A stretch of 64,000 bases of DNA from Acidobacteriota bacterium (lineage in GTDB: Bacteria; Acidobacteriota; Polarisedimenticolia; JACPZX01), in NCBI GenBank assembly GCA_016195325.1, contig JACPZX010000067.1:15559-79558 (forward strand), in the 5' to 3' direction. This document shows positions 48,169 through 56,595 of the stretch, one piece after another. A program made the translations under genes and the position numbers. The stretch's first letter is position 1. Each line of letters begins with the position of its first letter. The notes under the pieces are model-generated. The model was not told where the DNA came from, searched no databases, and saw only the letters and a list, made by a program, of their open reading frames with translations.

Positions 48169-49496
48169 CAGGCGTCGTCCTCCGGGGAGGCGTCGAGGGC
48201 CGGCGCCGGGCCGTTTCCGTTCAGCTCGGGGGCCGCCTCGCCCAGCTCGAAGAGCTGGCGCGTGATCTTCACGAGGTCGTGGCCGTCCCGGCTCTCGAGA
48301 GCGTGCTTGAGCTCGACCGTCGGGTGGTGGAGGAGCTTGTTCACGACCGACGAGACGATCTCCTCGATGGCGTGCTCCTGTCTCGGGTCGAGATCCCCGA
48401 GCTTCGCGCGGTGGCGCTTCAGCTCGGCCGACGCGATCTCGCCGAAGCGGCGCCGCAGGTCGACGATCGTCGGCTTCACCTCGAGGGAGCGCAGCCACGC
48501 GGCGTATCCCAGGACCTCCTCGTCGACCATCGCCTCCGCGATCGCCGCCTCGCGCATCCTCTCGGCGAGCCCCGTGTCCACCACGGTCTGCAGATCGTCG
48601 ATGTTGTAGAGGTAGAGGTTGTCGAGATCGTTCAACCGGGGATCGACGTCGCGCGGCACCGCGATGTCCACGACGAACAGGGGCCGGTGGCGCCTCGACT
48701 TCATGATGGCCGGGCCGTCCTCCGCGCGGAGGACGTAGTGCGGGGCCGCCGTCGACGAGATGATGATGTCGACCCTGGAGACGTACTCGAGGTACCGGTC
48801 GAAGTTGATCGCCTCCCCCTGAAACTCGCGCGCGAGCTCGACGGCCTTGTGGTACGTGCGGTTGGCGACGAAGACCCCCTTCACCCCCTGCTTCATGAGA
48901 TGCCGCGCCGCGAGCTCGCTCATCTCCCCCGCGCCCAGGATCATGATCGTCCGCCCCTCGAGCGAGCCGAAGATCTTCGCCGCGAGCTCGGCGGCGGCGT
49001 AGGCGATGGAGACGGGGTTCTTCGCGATCTGCGTCTCGGTCCTCACGCGCTTCGCGCACGAGAAGGCGCGCTGCATGAGCGACGAGAGGGCGGGGCCCAC
49101 CGTCCCGGCCTCGACCGCGACGGCGTACGCCTCCTTCACCTGCCAGAGGATCTGCGGCTCCCCGACGATCATCGAGTCGAGGCTCGACGCCACACGGAAG
49201 ACGTGCCGCGCCGCGTCGAGATCGACCATGCGGTACGCGTGGTCGTCAAGGACGCCGATCTGCCCGGGGCGCCGGGAGCCGATGAAGCTCCGGATCGCCT
49301 CCCCGGCCTCGTCGACGCCTCCCGCGCTCGCGATCACCTCGATGCGGTTGCACGTCGAGAGGATGATCGCCTCCCGCATCGACGGCATCCTCGCGAGCTC
49401 GGGGAGGGCCGCCCCCAGCTCCTGCCGCGGGAAGTGGAGGCGCTCGCGCACGTCGACGGGCGCGCTCCTGTGGTTGAGGCCGACCAGGTACAGCAT
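48168..49496 (-). CDS. hemA: Glutamyl-tRNA reductase
   Basis: GLNHRSAP, STCNR, SLDSMIVGEPQI, GAGEM, DIAVPRD. Confidence 0.96.
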   Translation of the reverse strand: MLYLVGLNHRSAPVDVRERLHFPRQELGAALPELARMPSMREAIILSTCNRIEVIASAGGVDEAGEAIRSFIGSRRPGQIGVLDDHAYRMVDLDAARHVFRVASSLDSMIVGEPQILWQVKEAYAVAVEAGTVGPALSSLMQRAFSCAKRVRTETQIAKNPVSIAYAAAELAAKIFGSLEGRTIMILGAGEMSELAARHLMKQGVKGVFVANRTYHKAVELAREFQGEAINFDRYLEYVSRVDIIISSTAAPHYVLRAEDGPAIMKSRRHRPLFVVDIAVPRDVDPRLNDLDNLYLYNIDDLQTVVDTGLAERMREAAIAEAMVDEEVLGYAAWLRSLEVKPTIVDLRRRFGEIASAELKRHRAKLGDLDPRQEHAIEEIVSSVVNKLLHHPTVELKHALESRDGHDLVKITRQLFELGEAAPELNGNGPAPALDASPEDDA

Positions 49497-50293
49497 CACG
49501 CGCCGATCCCGATCATCCGGAGGATGATCGCGATTAAGCCGATGATGGACAGGTAGGCCGAGAGCCTGCCGCGCCACCTGCCGGCGAAGACGCGGTCGTA
49601 GATGACGACGGCGAAGAGAACCCACGCGAGGAGAGCCCACCGCTCGCGCGCGACCCACGAGAAATCCCCATGGGTGTAGCGGTTCGTGAGCGCGCCCGTG
49701 AAGACGACGAGGGTCAGGAAGGCGAAGCCCCATCCGAGCGACATGTAGCTGAGCCGATCGCACCGCTCGAGGCTCGGGAGCGCCCCGAAGAACCGCCCCG
49801 GCCTGTGGTTCTTGAGCCCCTTCTCCTGGATGAGGTAGACGATGCTCGTGCCGAACGTGAGGAAGAGGAAAGCGACGCCGAGAACCGCCGGCACGACGTG
49901 CACCGCGCGCAGCGACACCTTCCACCCCTCGGTCACGCGCGACGGCTCGTCGGGGATCAGCGTCGTGATCGCCATCAGCGCGACGACGACCGGCAGGATG
50001 ATGATGCCGAGGAACTCGATGCGGAACTTGAAGTGCGCGAGGAGGTAGACGGAGATCGCGGCGAAGGCGACGAGGAAGAGGATCTCCTTCAGCGTGAGAT
50101 CGGGAACCCCCCCCTCCTCGAGCGTCCGCGCGACGAGCCCGCCGAAGTGGAGGACGAGCCCGGGGATCGCGAGGCGCGGGAGCCACGGGACCATCTCGCG
50201 GCGGGCCGACAGGAGGACCCAGACCGAGAGGACCATCGCGACGGCGTAGAGAACGCCGGCGCCCAGGAAGAACCAGCCGCTGGCGTGGAGCAT
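49496..50293 (-). CDS. ccsA: CcsA/HemX-like cytochrome c assembly membrane protein
   Basis: Multiple TMs, VHV, YLIQE..LK, LPSLERCD; precedes hemA. Confidence 0.8.
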   Translation of the reverse strand: MLHASGWFFLGAGVLYAVAMVLSVWVLLSARREMVPWLPRLAIPGLVLHFGGLVARTLEEGGVPDLTLKEILFLVAFAAISVYLLAHFKFRIEFLGIIILPVVVALMAITTLIPDEPSRVTEGWKVSLRAVHVVPAVLGVAFLFLTFGTSIVYLIQEKGLKNHRPGRFFGALPSLERCDRLSYMSLGWGFAFLTLVVFTGALTNRYTHGDFSWVARERWALLAWVLFAVVIYDRVFAGRWRGRLSAYLSIIGLIAIILRMIGIGA

Positions 50294-50489
50294 GTTTCCT
50301 CGCGGGTTTCGACGGTGGACGGGGTCCGGCGAAGACTATCACCGTGGACATTGCCTGTTCCATGCCACGCGGAGACGCGCCCCTTCCGGGCGGCGGCGGG
50401 CGTCGGATCGAGGCAAGCTGCGTCATCTCGCGCACCGCCGGGAGTCCTCCGCGCCTGATCCGCCGCCGCGCGTTACAATCGCCCTCCTC

Positions 50490-52334
50490 ATGAAGCGCCG
50501 CCGCCAGCCCGCCGGGAAAGTCGAGACGCCCGAGATCGTCATCGAGCCGCCGCGCGCGCGCGGCGATCTCCTGGCTCTCGCGATGGCGGTCCCCCTCGTC
50601 GTCCCCTTCCTCCAGCCGGGATGGTTCTTCGGCCACAACAACATGCACCTGATCCGGCTCTTCGAGCAGGACGTCATGATCCGGGCCGGCCAGTTCCCGG
50701 TCCGGTGGTACCCCGACGTCGCCGCCGGGTACGGATCGCCGCACCCGCAGTTCTACGCCCCGCTCTTCTACTGGGTCGCGCAGATCTTCCTCTTCGCCGG
50801 CCTCTCGCTCGCGGGCGCCCTCAAGGCGGCGGTGGCCGCGGTGGTCCTCGCCACCTCGTGGACGACCTACCGGTGGGCGCGCGCCTGGTTCGGCGAGCCG
50901 GCGGCGCTCGTCGCGGCGGCGGCGCTCGACTACGCGCCGTATCACATGCTCGATCTGTTCGTCCGGACGGCTTTCTCGGAGCTGATGGTCTTCATCTTCC
51001 TGCCGCTCACCTTTCTCATGTTCCACCGGCTCGCGGAGCGGACCACGCCCGGGCGTGTCGCGGCGGCGGCCGTCGCTCTCTCGGGGCTCTGCCTCTCGCA
51101 CACCGTCACGACGATGCTGGTCCCGCCTCTCGTCGGCGGCTGCATCGTCCTCGAGGCCTGGGCGCGGGGCTGGAATCGGCGGGTCTGGCTCGGCTCGGCG
51201 GCCGCCCTGGTCGGCGGCGTGCTCCTCGCGGCCTTCTTCCTCGTGCCGCTCGTCGCCGAGAAGGGGGCGATCGACACCGACATCTACGCCGCGGGGTACT
51301 TCGACTACCACAAGCACTTCGCCGCGCCGGGGCAGCTCATCCACTCGCCGTGGGGGTTCGGCCTCAGCCGCGAAGGGGACGACGACGGCGTGTCGTTCCG
51401 GCTCGGCGTTCTCCAGATCGCCGGCGCCGCCCTCTTCCTCTGGCGCCGCCCCTGGCGCTCCGCCTCGCGCGCGGCCCGCGCCGCGATGATCCTGGCGGGC
51501 GGGATCGCGGCCGCGGGGATCGTGATGGCCCTCCCGATCTCCTCGCCGGTGTGGGCGCTCGTCGGCCCGCTGCGCTACGCGCAGTTCCCGTGGCGGTTCC
51601 TGATGCTCTCCGCGATGGGCCTCGCCTTCCTCGGCGGCGCCGCGGTGGACGGAGCCGCGCCCCCCGAGGATTCTCCCGGTCCCGGCGCCGCGCGGCGGCG
51701 CCCCGCGAGCGCGGCCGGGACCGGCATCCCCCTCTGGGGAGCGGGAGTCTTGGCCACCGTGATCCTGGTCTCGAGCTTCGGGATGTTCGGGTTCCGCGAG
51801 CGGATCGCGCTCGATCGCATCGGCTTCGGCGGAGACCACACGGACATGCGGGAGCGCGGCGCCGCGGACGCGACCGCGTCACCGACGGTCTTCACCCGCG
51901 AGTTCGTGCGCGCGGAGACGCTCCACTGGTTCGATCATCTCCCGCCCGGCGGCTACCCCTACCCGCCAAGGGAGGATCTGAGGCGGCCGCGCGCGGAGAT
52001 CGATCGGGGGAAGGCGCGGATCGAGATGATCGAGTCGGGCCCCGTCACGTACCGGATGCGCCTCCAGGCGGACGCTCCGTCTCTCCTGCGGCTCAACGTC
52101 TACCGTTTCCCCGGATGGTCGTGGACGCTCGACGGCGCCGAGGCCGCGGCCGCGACGTTCCCCTCGAAGCGCCCCATCCTGGCGCTCGAGATCCCCGCGG
52201 GGGAGCACGAGGCGGTCGCGAACTACCGGAAGAGCGTTCCCCGCCTGATCGGCGACGTCACGAGCCTCGTCGCGCTCGCGATCGTCGCGGCGCTGGCGCT
52301 CGCGGGCGTCAGATCCCGGCGACCCAGCCCGTGA
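50490..52334 (+). CDS. PTPS-related/YfhO-like GT-C membrane protein
   Basis: RWYPD..GYGSP..FYAPL, YAPYH...RTAFSE, QFPWRF, FPGW, IPAGEH. Confidence 0.75.
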   Translation: MKRRRQPAGKVETPEIVIEPPRARGDLLALAMAVPLVVPFLQPGWFFGHNNMHLIRLFEQDVMIRAGQFPVRWYPDVAAGYGSPHPQFYAPLFYWVAQIFLFAGLSLAGALKAAVAAVVLATSWTTYRWARAWFGEPAALVAAAALDYAPYHMLDLFVRTAFSELMVFIFLPLTFLMFHRLAERTTPGRVAAAAVALSGLCLSHTVTTMLVPPLVGGCIVLEAWARGWNRRVWLGSAAALVGGVLLAAFFLVPLVAEKGAIDTDIYAAGYFDYHKHFAAPGQLIHSPWGFGLSREGDDDGVSFRLGVLQIAGAALFLWRRPWRSASRAARAAMILAGGIAAAGIVMALPISSPVWALVGPLRYAQFPWRFLMLSAMGLAFLGGAAVDGAAPPEDSPGPGAARRRPASAAGTGIPLWGAGVLATVILVSSFGMFGFRERIALDRIGFGGDHTDMRERGAADATASPTVFTREFVRAETLHWFDHLPPGGYPYPPREDLRRPRAEIDRGKARIEMIESGPVTYRMRLQADAPSLLRLNVYRFPGWSWTLDGAEAAAATFPSKRPILALEIPAGEHEAVANYRKSVPRLIGDVTSLVALAIVAALALAGVRSRRPSP

Positions 52335-54210
52335 TCTGGGTCCGCGGAAAGGCGATCTCGGCGGGCGGCCAGGTCCCGTTGTTGAGCCGCTGATCGAAGT
52401 AGATGTCGGGGGAATCCGCCCCCGCGGTGTTCTGCACCACGGCGCTCCCCGCGATCACGCTCCCGTAATGACGGCCCGTCCCCTCCGCCACGACGTTTCC
52501 CGCGTTGAAGAGCACGCCGAAGAGGCTCACCTGCCCCGTGATGGGGATCCCCTGCGCATCGCGTCCCGTGGTCGTTGCGGACGAGTACACCTCGAGATCG
52601 GGGCTCGTCGCGGTGGCCGACTGCGCCGCGAGCGCGCTCTTCACGAGCGAGCTTCCGGGAGCGCCGGCAACGACGGTCGTCGGGTAGGAGAGGTTCACGA
52701 AGGCCTCTCCTGCGTCCCACGCGCCGTTGCCGTTCGCGTCGTCGAAGGGCTCGCCGGGCGGAATCATCACCCGGTTCACCCCCACCACGTTGTTCACCCG
52801 CATCGACTCGGCGTTGACGTAGAGGAGCCCCGAGAAATTCCAGTCGACGTTCTCGATGACGATTGGCGGCGTCAGGTTCGTCTGCGGGTCGCCGGGGCCG
52901 TGGCCGTTCGGTGCCAGGCCGTCGCGCGTGTCGAAGAAGAAGAGCCCTTCCTGGTTGTGCGTCCAGTCGTACAGGCTCCTCGCCGCGCCCACCCCCCACT
53001 CGCGGAAGAGGCCGCTCGCGGCGTCGTAGGTGAAGTACCGCGCCGTCTCGTCCCCCGAGCTCGCCGCCGATTTCATCACGTCGTAACGGAACGGCGCGCA
53101 CGCGACCCCCGCCTGGCGCTGAAAGATGTTCGAGTGGTCGCTGTCGATCGGCGACGCCTGCGAGAAGGGGTACGGCTGCGCGTTCGTCGATCCCGCGCCG
53201 GAGAGATCGCCGGCGGCGGTCACCTCCAGCCACGGGTCCTCGACGGTCGTGTCGGGGTTCGCGGACCAGACGTTGAAATCGTCGCCCGGCGCGTTACCGC
53301 TGAGGCGGCGCGCCGCGCTCTTGAAGGGAAATGCGCTTGGCACTTTCAGGTCGAGGTTCGGCGCGAGCGCGACGTTCCCCGAGACGATCACCCTTCCCCA
53401 GTGGGCGTTCAGGGCTCCGGTCACGGAGAGCGGGCCGCACGACTCGAGCGGGCCGCTCGCGAGCGTCCCGGGCACTTCACCGAGGACCGCCTTGACCGTG
53501 CGCTCGCCCACCTTCAGCGACGACGCGGTCACCACCGGCACGACACCGATGAGTCCCATCCCGCGGTACTTGGCCACCGTGATCTTGATCGTGCAGACGC
53601 CGGCGCGCTTCATGACGCCCCCCACGGGGATCATCGGCGGGGCGAAGATCGCGATCTGGGAGATGCGCCCGGTGCGGCTCTGATCGGTGAAGAGCGCCTG
53701 GTTGATCTTGTCGAGGAAGTCGACGGCGCCGACCGTGTCCGCGATGAGGATGTCGGGGCCCGACTCGCTGCCGCGGAACTCGGTCGTCGCATCGCCCCGA
53801 TACGGCTTGTGGAAGATGTCCATGAACGCGGAGGGGGACCAGAGCGTCCTCCCCTGACGGTAGAAGGGCTTCGTGGCGGTGCCGTCCGCGAGGACGGGGG
53901 GGGTGTTCGGGTCGCCGTCATGGTCGAAGACGCGCTTCGTGCGATCGAAGAGGGCCGGGTTCCTGAGATCGTAGGTCCCGAGGAACTTGTGCAGGACCTG
54001 CGTGGAGATCGAGGGATTCCCCGTCACGGGCTGATCGAACCAGGCCTTCACCATCCGCACGCCGGTGTCGGCCGTGTGCACGAGCTGCTCGCTGTCCCGG
54101 CCCGACGCCGCGATCATCATCTCGGTGTCCGCCATCGAGAGAAACGCGAGCCCGAGTAACGTCAACGTCGCCGAGATGAGAACGGTGACGATGAGTGCCG
54201 ATCCTCGCAT
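52309..54210 (-). CDS. Large PilX-like minor pilin / pilus-associated protein
   Basis: RG|SALIVTVLISATLTLLGLAF..ADTE..IA..ADTG PilX-type N-terminus; GGAGGAG RBS; DANGNG motif. Confidence 0.7.
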   Translation of the reverse strand: MRGSALIVTVLISATLTLLGLAFLSMADTEMMIAASGRDSEQLVHTADTGVRMVKAWFDQPVTGNPSISTQVLHKFLGTYDLRNPALFDRTKRVFDHDGDPNTPPVLADGTATKPFYRQGRTLWSPSAFMDIFHKPYRGDATTEFRGSESGPDILIADTVGAVDFLDKINQALFTDQSRTGRISQIAIFAPPMIPVGGVMKRAGVCTIKITVAKYRGMGLIGVVPVVTASSLKVGERTVKAVLGEVPGTLASGPLESCGPLSVTGALNAHWGRVIVSGNVALAPNLDLKVPSAFPFKSAARRLSGNAPGDDFNVWSANPDTTVEDPWLEVTAAGDLSGAGSTNAQPYPFSQASPIDSDHSNIFQRQAGVACAPFRYDVMKSAASSGDETARYFTYDAASGLFREWGVGAARSLYDWTHNQEGLFFFDTRDGLAPNGHGPGDPQTNLTPPIVIENVDWNFSGLLYVNAESMRVNNVVGVNRVMIPPGEPFDDANGNGAWDAGEAFVNLSYPTTVVAGAPGSSLVKSALAAQSATATSPDLEVYSSATTTGRDAQGIPITGQVSLFGVLFNAGNVVAEGTGRHYGSVIAGSAVVQNTAGADSPDIYFDQRLNNGTWPPAEIAFPRTQITGWVAGI

Positions 54211-54282
54211 GATCTCCTCCTGACCCCGACGCATTCCGTGAGCTCCGTCCTGCGGCCCCGCGATGCCGGGCAACCCGGATTC

Positions 54283-54298
54283 AGCAACGGGGGTGCCA
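54283..54298 (-). promoter_or_regulatory. Sigma54 -24/-12 promoter of PilX-like gene
   Basis: TGGCAC-CCCCG-TTGCT. Confidence 0.8.
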
Positions 54299-54358
54299 CG
54301 TGGCTGACGGTCCGCCCTTGTCCCTCGCCTGCCGCGTCTGATCCCGTCCATCCGCGCG

Positions 54359-54838
54359 CTACTTTCCCGGCCCGGCCGCCTGCACCGCCGGGATACCGGC
54401 CGCTATCTCTTCCGACAACGACTGGAGCGATCCCGAACCCGCGGCCGCGCGAAGCCGGCTGATCACCGAGGACGACATCCGGCGGATCTCGCGGATCTGC
54501 ACGTCCACGCGCCGCATCTCGAGCTCGGTCGCGTACCCGAGCTCGGCGCAAAGGAAGAGATGTGTTTCCAATTCGGAGAGCGCCCCCTGCGCCAGGTAGA
54601 GCCCCCGGAGGAACTCCTTTCCCGAGGCCCTCGACTGGCCGCGCGCGATGTACGAAGGGATTGACAGCGCCGCGATCCTCATTTGCGCGTTCAGGCTGAT
54701 CCCCAGCCCCTGCGGGATCTTGTCGGCGATCTTGAAGATCGCGACGGCGAGCTCGAACGACTTCTCCCAGACGCGCAGATTGCGGTACCCCGAGGGGTCT
54801 TCCGGCGGATCGGTTTTGCCATTCATCTCCGAGCTCAT
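54359..54838 (-). CDS. Four-helix bundle protein (23S rRNA IVP/bAvd-like family)
   Basis: YRNLRVWEKS, QMRIAALSIPSYIARG, EFLRGL..AQGALSELETHL; AGGAGG RBS. Confidence 0.88.
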   Translation of the reverse strand: MSSEMNGKTDPPEDPSGYRNLRVWEKSFELAVAIFKIADKIPQGLGISLNAQMRIAALSIPSYIARGQSRASGKEFLRGLYLAQGALSELETHLFLCAELGYATELEMRRVDVQIREIRRMSSSVISRLRAAAGSGSLQSLSEEIAAGIPAVQAAGPGK

Positions 54839-54884
54839 GTCGTGCCTCCTGAGTGGGCTCTAGCCATCAGCTGCGTTTGACATA

Positions 54885-54900
54885 TGCAATCTCACTGCCG
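54885..54900 (-). promoter_or_regulatory. Possible sigma54 promoter of four-helix bundle gene
   Basis: CGGCAG-TGAGA-TTGCA (GG-N10-GC), overlapping the FimT-like stop. Confidence 0.45.
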
Positions 54901-55545
54901 CCACAAATGCTGAATCCGATCAAACGACCATACGCGAAGGCGTCCCGACCGCCCGAACACCACGACGGCCCGCAGCTCGCTCGCACGTCCCGTCAGATAG
55001 ATCGCCCCGGAGCTCGACTCCCCTGTCGGCGAGAACGAGACGATGTCGCTCCCGCCAAACTGCACCGGATCGTCCCCCGCTTGGAGCACGCCGTGGCTCG
55101 GCGGCACCTTCGGGATCGCTCCCGGGCCCGGGATCGCGAGCCTCACGTCGTCGTTGCCGGCGCGCAGATCGATCGGGCCACGAAGGAGCGCGTCGACTCC
55201 CGACGCGATCTCCGCCGACCTGATCCCCGTCTGGCCGCCGTCGAGGTACACCGCGAAGCGATCGCCCGCCGGCGCGGTCTCGAAGGCGACGCCGACGTAC
55301 CGATGCCGCGCGATCGCCTCCTGGCGCGCCCGCGCCAGCTCGCCCGAGATCGTCGCGGCGGCCGCGTCGACCGACCTCTTGCCGACGAACCCCGAGAGCG
55401 AAGGGATCGCGATCGCGACGAGAAGGGCCGCGATGGCGAGAGCCACGATCGTCTCGACGAGCGTGGCTCCCGCGCCCCGGCGGCTACTTCTTCTGCGGCT
55501 TCGCGGCCGTGAGATATTCGCGAAGGTGCGAGAGTGACTTCTCAC
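54892..55545 (-). CDS. FimT/GspH-like minor pilin
   Basis: G|ATLVETIVALAIAALLVAIAIP (Glu+5), ARQEAI, VSFSPTG, GRLR. Confidence 0.82.
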   Translation of the reverse strand: MRSHSRTFANISRPRSRRRSSRRGAGATLVETIVALAIAALLVAIAIPSLSGFVGKRSVDAAAATISGELARARQEAIARHRYVGVAFETAPAGDRFAVYLDGGQTGIRSAEIASGVDALLRGPIDLRAGNDDVRLAIPGPGAIPKVPPSHGVLQAGDDPVQFGGSDIVSFSPTGESSSGAIYLTGRASELRAVVVFGRSGRLRVWSFDRIQHLWRQ

Positions 55546-55822
55546 CGATCCCCTGCACTTTGAGCAGATCGTCCACGGTCGCGTAGGGCCCGTTCTTGTC
55601 CCTGAACTCGACGATGCGCTTCGAGAGGGAGGGGCCGATTCCCGGGACCTTCTCGAGGTCGGGGGCCGACGCCGAGTTGACGTCGACCGGATCGACCTTG
55701 TCCTTCACCGCCGCTCCGGCCGGTGCCGAGCTCGCGGCCGATGCGAGGCTTCCCGGCGCGCCGAGGACGACGACGCCGATTGCGAGCGCCGCGGCGCTCC
55801 GGATCCACAGACTTCTCACCAT
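55484..55822 (-). CDS. comEA: ComEA-like HhH DNA-binding protein
   Basis: Signal peptide, VDVNSAS..LEKVPGIGP, IVEFR..GPY, LLKVQGIGEK; GGAGGAG RBS. Confidence 0.9.
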   Translation of the reverse strand: MVRSLWIRSAAALAIGVVVLGAPGSLASAASSAPAGAAVKDKVDPVDVNSASAPDLEKVPGIGPSLSKRIVEFRDKNGPYATVDDLLKVQGIGEKSLSHLREYLTAAKPQKK

Positions 55823-55921
55823 GACGTGCTCCTCCGGGCGGAGGCGTCGCGCCTCCGCGGATAATGCGCGGGCCGGGCCTCCGCGACGGATGTCGGGAGG
55901 GGACCCGCGCCGACTAAGAGA

Positions 55922-55954
55922 GGGAAAGAGGTGGGGGGGCCTTTCGGCCCCCCC
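55922..55954 (-). terminator. Terminator-like hairpin
   Basis: GGGGGGGCC-GAAA-GGCCCCCCC then ACCTCTTTCCC on minus strand. Confidence 0.55.
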
Positions 55955-56035
55955 GGGGGGGTGCATCGAGGGAGGACCATGAGGAGAGCTGGCCTTGGGA
56001 GGGCATCCCTTGATCACCCGATACGGTCGCGCGCC

Positions 56036-56323
56036 TCAGCCCGAGGGCTCCGGCCGGAAATACCTCCCCTGGCTCCGTCGCCGCGCGTCGCGGAGCAGGT
56101 CGAGGATCTTCCGGAGCAGGCTGACGCTGTCGCCGCAGATGTGCAGAAAGCCCGTGGCCTCGTCGCGAAGGTAAAAGGTGGTGACGGAGGAGAAGATGTA
56201 GATCCGGCCCCCGATATCGACCTTCCCGCGCTCCCCTGCCGAAGCCCGCAAGATCATCAGGGTCGCCGGATCCACCCGCCCTTCTCCTCCGCCGACGAAC
56301 CTTCTCGTCGTTTCACCACCCAT
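56036..56323 (-). CDS. Small hypothetical protein (95 aa)
   Basis: AAGGAG RBS, ATG MGGETTRR...GRIYIFSSVTTFYLRDEATGFLHICGD; downstream of sigma54 motif. Confidence 0.5.
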   Translation of the reverse strand: MGGETTRRFVGGGEGRVDPATLMILRASAGERGKVDIGGRIYIFSSVTTFYLRDEATGFLHICGDSVSLLRKILDLLRDARRRSQGRYFRPEPSG

Positions 56324-56398
56324 CTCGTCATTCTCCTTGGGGCCGTCGTGCCGCCGCCCGCCGCTCGACTTGACGTCCGTCTTCACGGGGGAGTACAA

Positions 56399-56414
56399 AG
56401 CAACGGCGGTGCCA
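56399..56414 (-). promoter_or_regulatory. Sigma54 -24/-12 promoter
   Basis: TGGCAC-CGCCG-TTGCT. Confidence 0.8.
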
Positions 56415-56595
56415 GTCGCGGACTTCCATTGGGAATGATTGAGAGAAGGGCGGCAACGCCCATGGGCGGCGCGACTTGGAGAGTGGCCGCGGAGCGGCGC
56501 GGGGACACGAAGAGCGCCGCCGGGGCACCGGCAGCCGGTCGCCGGCGGACACGCGCGTGGAACGCGTGTCGCGCCGCGTTACGGAGTCCGGGGGA

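Noticed and set aside
50490..52334. 6-pyruvoyl-tetrahydropterin synthase enzyme
   Set aside because: Family name only; this is a polytopic membrane protein without the PTPS fold motifs
54359..54838. Diversity-generating retroelement (Avd-like gene beside an adhesin)
   Set aside because: No reverse transcriptase and no TR/VR repeat pair seen; protein fits the generic four-helix bundle family
56369..56398. Plus-strand sigma70-like TTGACG-N18-TACAAA
   Set aside because: No credible plus-strand gene downstream and imperfect -10; the adjacent minus-strand sigma54 motif is better supported
56448..56461. GGGCG-GCAA-CGCCC hairpin as terminator
   Set aside because: Only a 5-bp stem with a weak U-tract; cannot be distinguished from chance
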